Assembly: GCA_036172245.1 (NCBI GenBank)
Contig: JAYWIR010000036.1
Coordinates: 434,001-498,000 of the forward strand
DNA: 64,000 nt
Source of the DNA: Raillietiella orientalis
Taxonomy: Eukaryota
Reading direction: 5' to 3'
A program made the translations under genes and the position numbers. Numbering within the stretch: the first letter of the stretch is position 1; each line of letters starts with the position of its first letter. Below the pieces are notes generated by a model. It ran no database searches. It was given only the letters and a program-made list of their open reading frames with translations, and was not told the DNA's origin. Below, one piece after another: positions 11,901 to 23,100 of this stretch.

Positions 11901-12524
11901 AGGAATGTCGCGAAAACCTTGGATTCGGTTGTCGATCTCCACGCTATGAAGGACGTGATCGATCGGTTTGTGGCTGGCTGTTCGCCACACGAGTCCGAAG
12001 TCGTCGGACAACCGTCGATACGCCTCTCTTCCTCTGATGTCTTGACGGTACTTGATGTGGTCTTGAATATTCAGGTCATCCGCGACGATGACCATGTCCT
12101 TCGGTGCTACACGTTGGCGGAGTGCCTCGTGGAGAGCCTCCACGCACCGATGCTTGTTCTTGTGCGGTCCGTACACGTTCACCAGAAACAGGTGAACGTT
12201 GTCGGACCAGGACAGTCGCACGCCGATTATCCTTCCAGCGAGTGGACAGAAGGTTTCCAGAAGGGTGTGGACGAGCTTGTTCTTGATGAGGATCGCCACA
12301 CCCATGGTCTTCCTTTGTCCCTCGCTGACAAACAGTTGCCCGTTGAACCGGCGTTCCATCTCCTGGGCGTTTTGTTGCCCGAGACGGTGGGTTTCCTGTA
12401 GGCACACTACGTCTTGTCTTGCGATGGTCCGCAAGATTGTCTTCCTTTTGACTTGGTCTGTCAATCCATTGATGTTCCAGGAGGCGATGTTTAGCCTCCT
12501 GGCGTTCGCTAGCGACGAGGACAT
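8993..12524 (-). pseudogene. LINE ORF2 (endonuclease-reverse transcriptase) with two in-frame stops and one frameshift
   Basis: SWNINGL, VCLQET, IDH, SDH (APE); WRPISVLN, GVHQGDSLSPMLF, YADD, KYLGV (RT); CLACG..HILTCP. Stops at 11775-11777 and 9659-9661; frameshift at ~11630-11650. Confidence 0.92.
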
Positions 12525-12539
12525 GAAAGGGTTCGAAGT

Positions 12540-14378
12540 CTAATGCTTCGCTTTCCTCAGCTTTTTCTGACGGGGAGACCTTTCGCGTCTCACCGTCGAG
12601 GAAGCTGGCTTCTCACTCCCGGCTTCGCTCTCCATGCCGGTGTGGTCTGTGGACTCCCGGTCCGTTTCCATTGTGTGTTCTGCCCTGGCGATCGCCTTGC
12701 GCGGAAGTGTCTCGAGGGAGACCTTCGCGCAGTACTCCGCTTTCACTTCGAAAAGCTGGTTCTCTAGCTTTTCGCGCTTTTCTTGGATCACCAGGGTGTT
12801 GATTCCCTGTTGGGTTTCATTGATGCGAGTCAGGAGTTGCTCCTGCTGCATCTCACTTTTCTCGCCCTGCACTTCTTCCGCAAGCTTCACCACCTCCTCG
12901 GTGAGCTGCACCGCCTCCTGCGATGTCGGAACGGTTTCGGTGATTTCCATCACCTCACCTTCCGGCACACCCTGCTTCTCGCCAACCTGCTCTACTTCGG
13001 CCTTCTCGCCAACCTGCTCGCCAATCTGCTCCTCGACCTGCGCAGCAGAGGATTCTTGCTCCTTCACGAGCATCCTCCTCTTGCCGCCCTTCCCCACCGT
13101 GGTGAAGCCGTCCGCCGAAACTGGGGCTGCCTCCTTCGCCTTCCTCTGCTTCATCGCCCTTTGAGGTTTGATTACCTCCTCCAACACCCGTGTCCTAACT
13201 GGGGATTGACCCCGCATCGTTCTGTAGTTTGCAAACTCCGAGCAGCACCACTTTGCATGCCCCGGAGACTTGCAGAACGAACACACCTCCGGCATGCTGC
13301 AGTCCCGCACCTGGTGGCCCTGCTTCCCACAGCGGAAGCACTTGGCCCTCGGGCAGACTCGCTGCCGGTGTCCAAAGGTTTTGCAGCCGTTGCAGAAAAC
13401 TGGCTGAGCCCTATATCGAACGGAGACTCCCATGTCGTCTCCGTCGAAGTAGATCATCCCAGGAACCTGGGCTTCCTCCTTCAACTTCATCTTCACCGTC
13501 GCCTCCCCCGAAAAGATCTTTCCCGATATATTGTGGAAGTTGCTGTCCAGTACCTCGCCGTACTGCGACAGTTTCCTCCACAGAGCCCTTTGGGTGACGA
13601 ACGGCCCGAGTCCGCTCAGGAATAGGGTGGTGTACGGCATTTCACACACTATCCTGCCCTGAATGTTGATCCCTTTTTCAATTAGGGATTCCCTTATTTC
13701 TTCACAGTCGGTGTACACTGTGAATCCCGAGGTGTTCGGGACGATCGCCTGCAGGCGGTCAAAGTCCACTTGCTGTTTGTAGAGAGCCAGGTATACCTCT
13801 TTGATGTTGTTCATTTTTATAAGTCCAGTCTTGAACGTGACCGTCTTCACGTTCGGTCCTAGTTTAATTATGGGCTCGTCGATGTCTCGTATCGGCCCAG
13901 ACTCTGGCTTCCCGAATTTCCTCTGCGGCTGAGTGGTCGCCGTCCCAGCCGCCACCGCCGCATAGGAAAAAGCTGCTGCCGCTGCCGGTGGCCGCCCCAC
14001 GGTCGCAGCCACCGCGCAAGATGGCGTCGCGTCACTAGCAACGGTGGGGCCTAAGGGCCCTCCCATCGCTCCGGCGACCGCCGTCTCCGGGGACGCCGCC
14101 GCCGCCACCGCCATCGTCGTCTCCACCGCTTCCATCGGAGTCGCGCCGGAAGAAACACACGATTGCCCTACCTCCATGGGCTGTGGCTTCTCCGTGGCTC
14201 CCATCCACCGCTGCTCTTGCATCTTGACGGGGTGCTGCTGCACCGCCGCCAGGGAGGGTCGCGAGTCCTCCACCTTGGACTCCCTTTCGCTGCTTCTGCT
14301 GCTGCAGTCGCTGTGGGACGTCCTTGGTTGCGCACTCACTGTCTTTTCACTCAGCACTTGCCCTCTCGGGGCACGCAA
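12540..14378 (-). CDS. LINE ORF1 nucleic-acid-binding protein (intact); true start may be a downstream ATG
   Basis: TTLFLSGLGPFVTQRALWRKLSQYGEV (RRM-like); CNGCKTFGHRQRVC, CFRCGKQGHQVRDC, CSFCKSPGHAKWCC; coiled-coil C-terminus. Confidence 0.9.
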   Translation of the reverse strand: MRAPRGQVLSEKTVSAQPRTSHSDCSSRSSERESKVEDSRPSLAAVQQHPVKMQEQRWMGATEKPQPMEVGQSCVSSGATPMEAVETTMAVAAAASPETAVAGAMGGPLGPTVASDATPSCAVAATVGRPPAAAAAFSYAAVAAGTATTQPQRKFGKPESGPIRDIDEPIIKLGPNVKTVTFKTGLIKMNNIKEVYLALYKQQVDFDRLQAIVPNTSGFTVYTDCEEIRESLIEKGINIQGRIVCEMPYTTLFLSGLGPFVTQRALWRKLSQYGEVLDSNFHNISGKIFSGEATVKMKLKEEAQVPGMIYFDGDDMGVSVRYRAQPVFCNGCKTFGHRQRVCPRAKCFRCGKQGHQVRDCSMPEVCSFCKSPGHAKWCCSEFANYRTMRGQSPVRTRVLEEVIKPQRAMKQRKAKEAAPVSADGFTTVGKGGKRRMLVKEQESSAAQVEEQIGEQVGEKAEVEQVGEKQGVPEGEVMEITETVPTSQEAVQLTEEVVKLAEEVQGEKSEMQQEQLLTRINETQQGINTLVIQEKREKLENQLFEVKAEYCAKVSLETLPRKAIARAEHTMETDRESTDHTGMESEAGSEKPASSTVRRERSPRQKKLRKAKH

Positions 14379-15014
14379 AAATTGCCGCGGCAGTGATGTT
14401 ACTCACTGCCTTGGCGGGGTATTGGGTAAAGTTTTCAACTAGCAATAATCACGGCTCAGTCGCCTTCCTCGCCTCGTGCCCTTCTCCTTTTTGACCAAGT
14501 CCTTAAATGCTGCGGTTTAAATACAAGTTTGAATTTATAATTTCCCTGGGATTTTTGTCAAAGTGCGAACTTTGACATTTTCCAGCTTTCTGGATCATGA
14601 GCACAAAAATAGCCGTTTCACGTTAAAATACAACATTTTAATTACTATGGAAAGACTGGATCCCGGTGTCGAAGCACTGGAATAACACCCTTCCGGTGAG
14701 AGCTGCTCTCAAACTACAATGTTCGTTGCACCCTGTATTCCATTCCATTCCATTAGCTTTACTACGCTCGTTATCTTAGGTAGAATAATGGTCAGTTCTG
14801 GGCTGTTGGCTAGACTTTGCCTAGCTTGGATTTCCACCAGCTGTGCTCCAAACGCTTCTCTTGGAGCACACATAATGTACCTCCTTGGTTTAGGTTAAAA
14901 ATTTGGACTTGAAGCAGGGATTGAAATTTGGTGCGAACGTTGTCTGCTGAAATAGGCGCCACCCACTCCTGTCATTCCGATGTCCCTGTTGTCATCCAAG
15001 TAATCTATTTCTTC

Positions 15015-15612
15015 GTCGAGTAGATCAGTGGAACTTTCCCACCAGCCCCTCACAGAACTGTGCATGAACCTCTCGATTCACGCAGCTCTTCTCATTTTTA
15101 GCCTTTACATCAAAGACCTACCTTAATTATTTGCTCCTCCCATTTCGGTTGACAAATAACTAAAACCCAAATGACTCAGTCCCTTCGCTCCATTTCCATT
15201 ACAGAAACTTCCTCGCTACTGTGCGCCCCTGTTTTTCGCATTGGTACTCTCATCCTCAGAGATCAGCTCTTTGGATTTCTCCTTTATCATCGAAACGACG
15301 GGTTCCCGCAGTTCTACACAATAGCTCAAAATAGATTCGCGCCACTTCTATGCCGGACGCCACCTACCCAGTAAACAAGTTCCCAGTAGCCAGGTTAAGA
15401 TGAAACCCCTGGTTTTGACGTCGTCTATGGCCTTTCGACACTTCTTCAGTGGTTCATTTTCATTCGCCTTTCTATTTCACACATGACGCATAATTGCGCC
15501 TCTTCCACAACGCTCACTACCGTGGCCCTTGACCTAAGCAGCTTATGGCTGTTTGAAGCCTGCTCTTGTAGACCGGCTCCGAGGGGTTCAGCTTACCGCT
15601 TCTACGGCAAAC
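15015..15612 (-). ncRNA. Bacterial group II intron ribozyme with internally deleted RT ORF
   Basis: The minus strand ends in domain V (GAGCTGCGTGAATC-GAGA-GGTTCATGCACAGTTC) and domain VI ending ...TACTCGAC. It begins GTTTGCCG. An SD-like GGGAGGAG and a few degenerate ORF-start codons jump almost directly to domain V. Confidence 0.85.
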
Positions 15613-15660
15613 TCATCCCAGTGCCCTCTTCGTGTCATCCTAGTGCCCCGACACTGGGAT
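15613..15660. repeat. Wolbachia palindromic element (WPE)-type repeats; similar copies at ~14655-14690, ~14970-15000 and ~17971-18022
   Basis: Recurrent gtcatcccagtg...cactgggat / gtcatccaagtag motifs. Confidence 0.7.
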
Positions 15661-16158
15661 ACGATTTCCATAAAACAGTGTGTTTTAACATAACTTTTAT
15701 ACTCACTAACCTAATAAAATTCCTGGATTTCAGCATCACGCGCTGGAATGACATCATTTGTTGCAAAAACAAATGTTCGTTCATAAATTGCAACTAGCTA
15801 TAAATATTAAGAAATTTACAAAGCAGAAAAAAAGGCAAAAGAATCCCGTGGTAGAAGCTGCTCACTCTCTAATCCTGCAAATTGGCGTACTATACTGTCT
15901 GAAAGGACTTATAAGCGCGTTTCAGCTTGCATAGGTAAAAACCAACCTAGAAGTCTAGCTAAAATTAATATAGACATGAGGTGCACATAGTGCAAAAAAT
16001 GAAACATAAGACACCAACTACGTGATACTTTCCTCGTTTAATCTGCGCAGATTGAAGCTAAATGAATAGCTCTAATTCTATGATAAAGGAGCTGGCGGAA
16101 TTTGTCAAGCAGTTTTTTGTTCTGTTTCTATGCTACTTGGATGACATTGAAAATAGGA

Positions 16159-16735
16159 TTACTTTGCACAATTACTTAGATATTCCCGGCTCCCTAGCTT
16201 GGTTACAGGCAGTTTTCTCAATTCTACAGGAAGCTCCGCCTCACTAAGCTCAAGCAAAGATATAACAGGAAAAGGCAATTTTATTTCACCATTCCTCTTG
16301 ATTAGAGCAGCTTCAGCAACGACCTTACCCCCCTCCCCTTCTGCACATTCCACTGCTTCTAGTGAAGATTTGCCCGTGGTTATCACATCTTCCATCAGTA
16401 ATATTTTCTCACCCTTTCTGATCTCAAATCCGCGGCGCAATTCAAACTTGTCATTGGCGCGCTCGCAAAACATCGTCCTGATTCCAAGCTGCCGGCCAAT
16501 CTCATAACCCACCAATTGCGGGAGATAGTATTAAATCCATTGAGCTACTTAGCTCTTTTCTTATCTTGTTTGCCAATAGCTCGCAAACTTTCATGGCTCC
16601 GCTTGGATTCTCAAAAATCGTAGCGCATGGTATATACGTATCGCTATGCAACCCTGATGAAAGGACAAAATGCCCGTGCAGAATCGCTCCAGCTTCCTCA
16701 AATTCCTTCATTATTGAATCATCTTTGTCTAACAT
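16159..16735 (-). pseudogene. pyrE: Orotate phosphoribosyltransferase, frameshift at ~16505
   Basis: GAILHGHFVLSSGLHSDTY...SPAIGG / VGYEIGRQLG...FELRRGF..LLMEDVITTGKS (PRPP-binding motif). Confidence 0.92.
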
Positions 16736-16741
16736 CGTTTT

Positions 16742-17545
16742 CTAAGTTTCATCTTTACATTCTTTATTGGTTATATGAGTTACGCAAACATCAGACCACG
16801 CATTTATTGCAGTTTCACACACATCGATGATTGCGTAAATAGGCAAAACCAGCCCCACAATATGCAAAGGAACGTTTATTGATACAAGATAACCAGTTGC
16901 CATAAAATAGCATCCCATCGGTACTCCGGCGTTGCCAATCGCAGCCCCTGTAGCTGAAAAAATCCATATAAACATTTCTCTGAAGAAAAATTGCTGTGCC
17001 CATTCATCTCTGCAAAAACATTACTGCAATCAAAATAAACGCAGCACATGCGTTCCTATTGACTGTTCCGCATATTGGTAAGATAAAGGACGACAGTTTC
17101 TTTGGCACTTTTAGTTTATTTTTCACGCAGTCTATGGTCGTCGGCAGTGTTGCACTGGATGATTTAGAAAAAAAATGCAAGTGTGAGCGCTGGCATTACT
17201 GCTTTCAGCGTTTGAATTGGTGGTGTGCCTTTATACCGCGTAAGTAGCGGTAAAACCAGAAACGCTTGCACGAGATTTGCAGGCATTATGCAGGCAAAAT
17301 ACCGCAAAAGACTGTGGAACTCGCTGCCACCTCTTAACTCGTGCAGAAAAACACGTGATAAAAGACCACACAGCGAGTAGAACAAATCTGAGTAGCCCTT
17401 GAGCAATTTTAAGTAGTGCAGAAAGCACGTGATGTAATATATCCTGTTTTCCTCTTGAGAGTGAAATAACAGCTCCATCCATAAAAAAAGCGATCACTAT
17501 GCTGCCCATAACGTTATTTTCAAGAAAGACTTGCACAAAAGAAGG
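16742..17545 (-). pseudogene. Dicarboxylate/amino acid:cation symporter (DAACS), 5'-truncated with multiple frameshifts
   Basis: FLENNV; KSSSATLPTT; GTVNRNACAAF; AAIGNAGVPMG; IDVCETAINAWSD. Confidence 0.85.
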
Positions 17546-18022
17546 GAGTTCAAGTAATTAGGAAAGATTTACATGTTATTGCAGAATTTGGAGTAGATAA
17601 GAAAAAACATCTTTTTGTTTTCTCAGAAAGCAAAGGCAAAAAGTCCAATTCCAATTTGGAGGAAGAAATGAAGAATATAGGCAACCATATAGGCAAAAAT
17701 TTAGGGTCAAGTACAACTAAGTTTCTAACAGGTAGAGAAAGGAGAAGAAAAAGAAAAATGAGGATCAGAGGTGGAAGTTTAGTCTTAGTAGAACATAAAA
17801 CAGGCAAGAACCCTGAAGTCAAAGATTTCAAAAAAAAACAGATTGCAGAGTAGATGAAGATTTAGATAGTAGTATAGTTAAGTTAGCTTAAGAAGTTAAG
17901 AGTGAAGATATTGATGATATAGAAAAGGCTATTGAAAAGACAGCATCTGGGATCTCATTTCACTTTATGATGGTGTCATCCAAGTAGCCCCACAGTGTCA
18001 TCCCAGTACTTGATACTGGGAT

Positions 18023-18818
18023 GGCTTTGTCACACAGCACCTTATGCTGTGTTGATTTATGACAAATTCATGTAACCATTTCAAACCTAGCCATGCCAAT
18101 GTCAGTAAATTTATTAAGCAAACAACATTTTATTAGCAGTTCTTTTTCACGATTTATCTCAGATTTATTCCTCAAGCTAAATCCAAATATTCGTTTCAAC
18201 CTTGAGAAGAACCCTTCAATGTAAGATCTTTTCCCATAATTTACTCTCCTTTTCCACTCTTTCACACCGTCTTCACTGTATGATTTTATTAACCTAATAG
18301 CAGTATTCCTGTCAGAAATATAATCTTTTTTCGGATGTTCTGCCGCGCCATTTTTTGGTAGAACTTTTGTCTTTATATCATACTCCTTACACAATTTATA
18401 AACTTTGTGCCTGTCATATGCCCTATCTGCACACAGTGTTTTTATAGCATGTTTGCAACCTACTTCTTCAATCAAATCGCAAGCTCCATAGTGATCAGAG
18501 TAGACGCCGTAACTGTATTTTGCAGATACAGCTTTTTTATTATTTATGTTCAACATTGCATGTAGCTTCTTTACTTACCTGTTCATAACCGCGATACTTT
18601 CTATCTTCTCTATTTTCCTTGCTGTGGCCAGGAGTGTTGTTATAAATGCTGATACTTGTGCTGTCTATGGCACTTTCAATACCTTCCATGTTGCTTTTGT
18701 CAGCTCCGCAGTCATTGATCTTGATATTAAGTTTTTTAAATCTCCTCGAAGCTTGTGAATAGCTGATGACTGTCAAATTTTTTCCTATTTGTTGCAAATA
18801 TCCTTGTGTAAATCCGAC
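18023..18818 (-). mobile_element. IS5-family (IS903-group) insertion sequence, frameshifted transposase, left end missing
   Basis: Terminal GGCTTTGT at 18023; SYSQASRR, AIDSTSI, ADRAYD, YGKRSYIEGFFSRLK. Truncated at VGFTQGYLQQ, which marks the right edge of the NUWT. Confidence 0.9.
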
Positions 18819-18819
18819 T

Positions 18820-21800
18820 TTGCAAGTTGGTATTCAGAATCACTCGGATCAAATCCTCCCTTCCTTCGAAGCAAGCACGAAGTCTTCAGCCACTATGAGG
18901 TTCTTTCATCTTCTCAGCTGACCAGATTAGGACGCTGTCGCGTTGAATTTGAGTGCATGCTGGAAACGCAATGCAAGCTCCAGTTGAGTTCCTGGGAGTC
19001 ATCACAGGCTCGTTCTTTGAGATTTCTGCACCTCAGATGCCAACCTAGCGTGACAAAGAGGACACTGCCGATCGCGTTCTACGCATCCGAGTGCGCCATA
19101 AGTGGAGGGACTTTGCTTGTGCCCCTGAAGTCCGTCGCCGAACGTTCTCCATCTAAGCAGTGCAATGGAAAAACTCTTCGTATCTGCAGGTTTCTGTATT
19201 TTCAAGGATTCAATTGGAAGCCTTCCACTCTAGGGGACAAACGCTCATTACAGGAACAGCGGTAAAAGGGGATTTCGAGGACGAAAGCAGAACACCACCC
19301 CTCATGCTTCATCTTCTCATTTGGATTGCCTCTGCGAGTGAGATGGAATGGCAGATGCACTGCCAAGGAAACTGCATGAGCGACACCCTCACACAGACTG
19401 CGCAATGGCTTTGAGAATTTCTCAATGGGGGAACCTCCTTTCATGCCAAGGTCGGGGTTTTTACTGCCAAAAGTCAACCAACCGCCTCTCAGCAGCCACT
19501 TACGAGCGAAGAAGTTTCCATCCTGGACGTCGAATACATGCGCATTCCTTCCTTCATTGTTTCCTATCATCAGCATCTGTATCTATCCCAGGATTGCTGC
19601 TGTGCGGCGTCGCGCCACCTTGGGAAGCAGCAGTTGCGAACGTGGATGAGATTGGAACTTCGGCTTCTTCCTCTCCAGTCACAATTCTCCCAATGACGCT
19701 GTGCCGTACAGAGAGAGCTTCAAAGAACGCAACTTTCGCGGCTCCCAAAACAAGTTCTTGCGAGGAGTCTTCCTTCAGAGTGCATCACCAAAGAGCTCCC
19801 TTGCTCTTACGGAAATCATCGGAGTCTTCGCCGTGTACTCTCAGAAGAAAGCATATAACCACCCCATCTACTCGTTTATGAGCGCGGTGTTTGTATTTAG
19901 ATGCATGGTACATGAATGTTACGGTGTCTCTTCCTGCCTGCTCGACCCACTCTGAAATGGGATCTCGTAGATCTCGAATATCTACCGGTGGTCCGAAGAA
20001 AACTTTCGAATGAAACAGATATGGAACCGGCATAGGAAACTGCTCGCTTCAGAAAACGTGAAGCTGCGGATCTTCCCGACCAAAACGAGAATCCAGCAAG
20101 GATCGATCCATTTCCATTTCCTGCGATTCACTGCAGTGCCTGCAGTCATGCCGGGAGCGCGACTCTTTTTCCACTCATGACTCAACCTCCGCGACTCCTG
20201 CACTTTCCAGTCTGAAAATTGGATTTCTGGGTGGAAAGAAACCAATGGCACTCAAGGTTTGACGTTTCTTGCTCATCCGAAAGTGCGGGACTAGGAATAT
20301 AATCAGATCCTGCTTCAAACTGATCCAAAACGTGACTTCTGTCCCGACAAGAACCACTGGATATCGGCCATTTCTTCATGCCATCGCTAAGCGCAGCTGC
20401 GATGCTGCTGCGACAGAGTGGAACGTGACCTGAAACCCTGTTCGGTTCCCACGTGCAGGCAGATTGCTGGCGAACCCGACTGAGCAACATCGTCAAGTGT
20501 CTGGAGAGGGAAAGTAGGCGAGCGACCCTTTCCCGATGTGAACACACGACCTCGAAAGGGGTCATGATGGTTCCAGTAGTCCCAGAACTACGCTCATCGC
20601 TGTGATAAGCAGCCCTTATCTCACCTGAAACCGTGCGGAAGGCCGGAAATCTTTGCAGCACCCACCACGCTCACGTGCGCGCAGGGCGCGGAGAGTATAG
20701 CAGGGTGCCTCCGGTCGCACGAGGTCGAAGGAGACAAAGGAAACGCGTCCATCTCACGGAAGGGCCCACGGTCGCTACCAAGAAGTCGGAACATCGCATG
20801 CGTGGGTATTCCTAGAGGAATTCATGACGTGTGTCTGTCAAAGCCCATTCTTGCCCACATGCTAAATCCTAATTTTTGCGCTTTGCACATGACGTCCACA
20901 GTGTGCCCTGAGCGCTGGAAAACCCCTTGAACGTCTGTTTCGGTGCCGACATGGGCACGCAAACCAGCAAGTCGTCGGAGTACGGCGACACGGCTGCCCT
21001 GCGAGAACAGGTGGACAGAGGGTCGTACCTTGCTTTCGTCAGCTCCTGACACGATGAAAAAGGCAGACGGACTTGAGAATGTTGACTTCAGAGAAGCACG
21101 AAAAGGCTGATGGGAAAAAAGAGCCCCTAGACCTTGCCAGCATGTCTCCGCAGTGTGTCTCCCACTAGAAATCTGGTGGAGCGATCACAACCAGATAGCT
21201 TTGAAAGCAGCAGGGTGGAAAATACGAATCGAGCCTCGCCCTCGAGTGTCTTTTTCGCAAAGGGCAAAGCTGCCCTTCTCTGCGGAGGTCCTGACGTCAT
21301 CGAACGCAAGGTTCTTGCCCATTGTCGTCAGGAACGGTACGCAAAAGAAGGAATGGAAGCTGCGGACAATCAAGTGATAGCAGTGCAACGTGCACTCTGC
21401 ACCATCAACATGAAGATGAGTTTGTTTATTCTCTTTTCATGACCCCTGTACCCGAGTTTCATCATGAAAAAACAACGAATATTCAGTGAGGACCCACAGG
21501 GGCTTCCAAGGGCATTACGGAGTGAACTCAGGCACAATGCACCTACTCCCACGAATCCAGCATGCGCTGCCCTGGGTTCAAAGAATTCACCCTTTCTCAA
21601 TCCTGATCTGCTTACTGATGTTTATCTTCTTCGTTTTGAGGTCGAAAATTGTGGAATAATAGGTCATAAACAGATCTCCAAAGATGATCTCGTCTTCCTT
21701 GGCGATGCTAGTTTTGATCAGAGACTCACACGAAGCTTCCCCTCCGTAGTCTGGAAAAGACTGAAAATTTCTTCCATAGGTGCAGAAGCAGCATACTCGA

Positions 21801-23100
21801 ATTACCGTTTTAATGTACTCGTCAGGAGAGAACGTGAAGACTTTCCTGCTTATGTTGAACGTGACGTTTCCTCTTTTATAGTTGCAAGATACCTATGCAT
21901 CCCGTGTTTCCTCAAAACTTCATGAACGTGCACTTACAGTTTCTCGATGAGAAGGATTTAATTCCACATTCAAAGCGTTAATGTATTCTTTGAACTTTAC
22001 ATCTGGAAGGCCAATCCCCTTGAAGTTCAAATCAAAAGCCGCTTTGCAAGCTTGGCAAATCATGTGTGTTCCCAATTTCATGCTAGAAACGGAATTCAGA
22101 GCCTCCATTATAGGTACGCATGCATATTCATACCTCTCCACTGGTAGCGACCACTGGAAATCGTCGGCAGTTTTTTGGTATAGCAAGGGAGTCTTTGGTA
22201 GAGGACGTCCGAGGATAAGCAATCCAATAATGCTTCCATATCTGAAACTGCAAAAACAGTTGCAGTCTTGGAAACCTTGTCGAATACTGCTCAATCTTGT
22301 GGATGCAAACTAAAGTGTCAATAATTCTTTCTCTCTGCAGCCTTTCCCTATTCAGGATGGAAACTATTGTCATTATCATGAGCCCAAACAGCGCCATGCA
22401 AACCATGGCAAGCGTGGTACGTGAGCCCAGTGCCCCGATGTCCACGTAGCATGATGAATAAAAACAGCCGATGGGACTACCAGCAACCCTTGCTTCCCTC
22501 CCTTCCATGGTGAGAACACGAAATGTATTACAGTGTTTAGGATCACACCCTGGGGAAAACCTGCAAACATCGTCCACCTTCCTCACAGCGATTCTGAATT
22601 TCGAAAGTTCCCGAGGATACTGAGAAGAATGTTTTTACTGCATCCGCTGCACTTGCGTCCCCGGTGATTCGAAGAGGATGCAACACGGAGGATCTCGAAT
22701 TTGCGCTTCTTTAGTTATTCCTGAGGTATTCCAGATGGACAGTATCGTGCCCGCCTTGTTTGCATCCGTGTCCATGAATTTCAGGCAGACCTTTCTCGCG
22801 CTAAGAGTTCCCCGGTTGACGCTGCACGCATAGTCCGCGTGGTGTGCCCATTCACCTGTGCCCTCTCTCTGCATGCAGCAACGCTCCCTTCACTGCGCTG
22901 TTCTTTGTACATCACCCATTGGCAACAAAAGACTTAGAATTTTCTTCCTATCTCTCATTTCTTCCGACGGTTCTCAAACTGCAAGACGAGTGTGATGAAT
23001 TTTCGTTAGAGGTGATTCTTCTCAGTTCAATCCATGGCTACCATCTACTTCGAGAAAAGCATGCCTTCTTACATGGACGCTATCTGAATGCCCTCGTGAC
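18820..23100 (-). pseudogene. Putative decayed bunyavirus-like glycoprotein precursor (endogenous viral element); tentative
   Basis: Cys-rich ORF fragments, a transmembrane segment at ~22360-22420, DCNCFCSFRY after it, and a frameshifted CEG/CRSC at 19374-19393. By-eye matches only. Confidence 0.35.

Larger units (their letters stand above)
8838..14502 (-). mobile_element. Near full-length L1/Tx1-clade non-LTR retrotransposon (ORF1 + APE-RT ORF2)
   Basis: GC-rich block inside AT-rich bacterial DNA; ORF1 with RRM-like region and CCHC knuckles; ORF2 with APE endonuclease, RT and C-terminal CCHC finger. 5' end approximate. Confidence 0.93.
1060..18818. other. Wolbachia-like nuclear insertion (NUWT), rearranged and pseudogenised, interrupted by host LINEs at 7737-14502
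   Basis: AT-rich, intronless bacterial gene remnants with Wolbachia/phage WO-type sequences and Wolbachia-type palindromic repeats (gtcatcccagt...actgggat). Almost every gene has stops, frameshifts or truncation. Flanked and interrupted by eukaryotic retroelements. Boundaries approximate. Confidence 0.85.

Noticed and set aside
9681..14442. Long plus-strand and alternate-frame ORFs (e.g. 11204-11818, 11598-12401, 12783-13625)
   Set aside because: Antisense or shadow frames of the GC-rich LINE ORFs, with no independent motifs.
14842..14890. Strong SD plus ATG and a 10-bp inverted repeat as a small gene
   Set aside because: The ORF is under 60 codons within repeat-rich bacterial intergenic DNA and has no recognisable product.
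14650..18022. Recurring short palindromic repeats as a CRISPR array
   Set aside because: Scattered and irregularly spaced with no cas genes; they match Wolbachia palindromic elements.
1060..18818. Simple contamination by a living Wolbachia genome
   Set aside because: Essential genes are broken and shuffled and a eukaryotic LINE lies inside; misassembly still needs read-level exclusion.
1060..18818. cifA/cifB or wmk reproductive-manipulation genes
   Set aside because: No motif for these was recognisable in any fragment.
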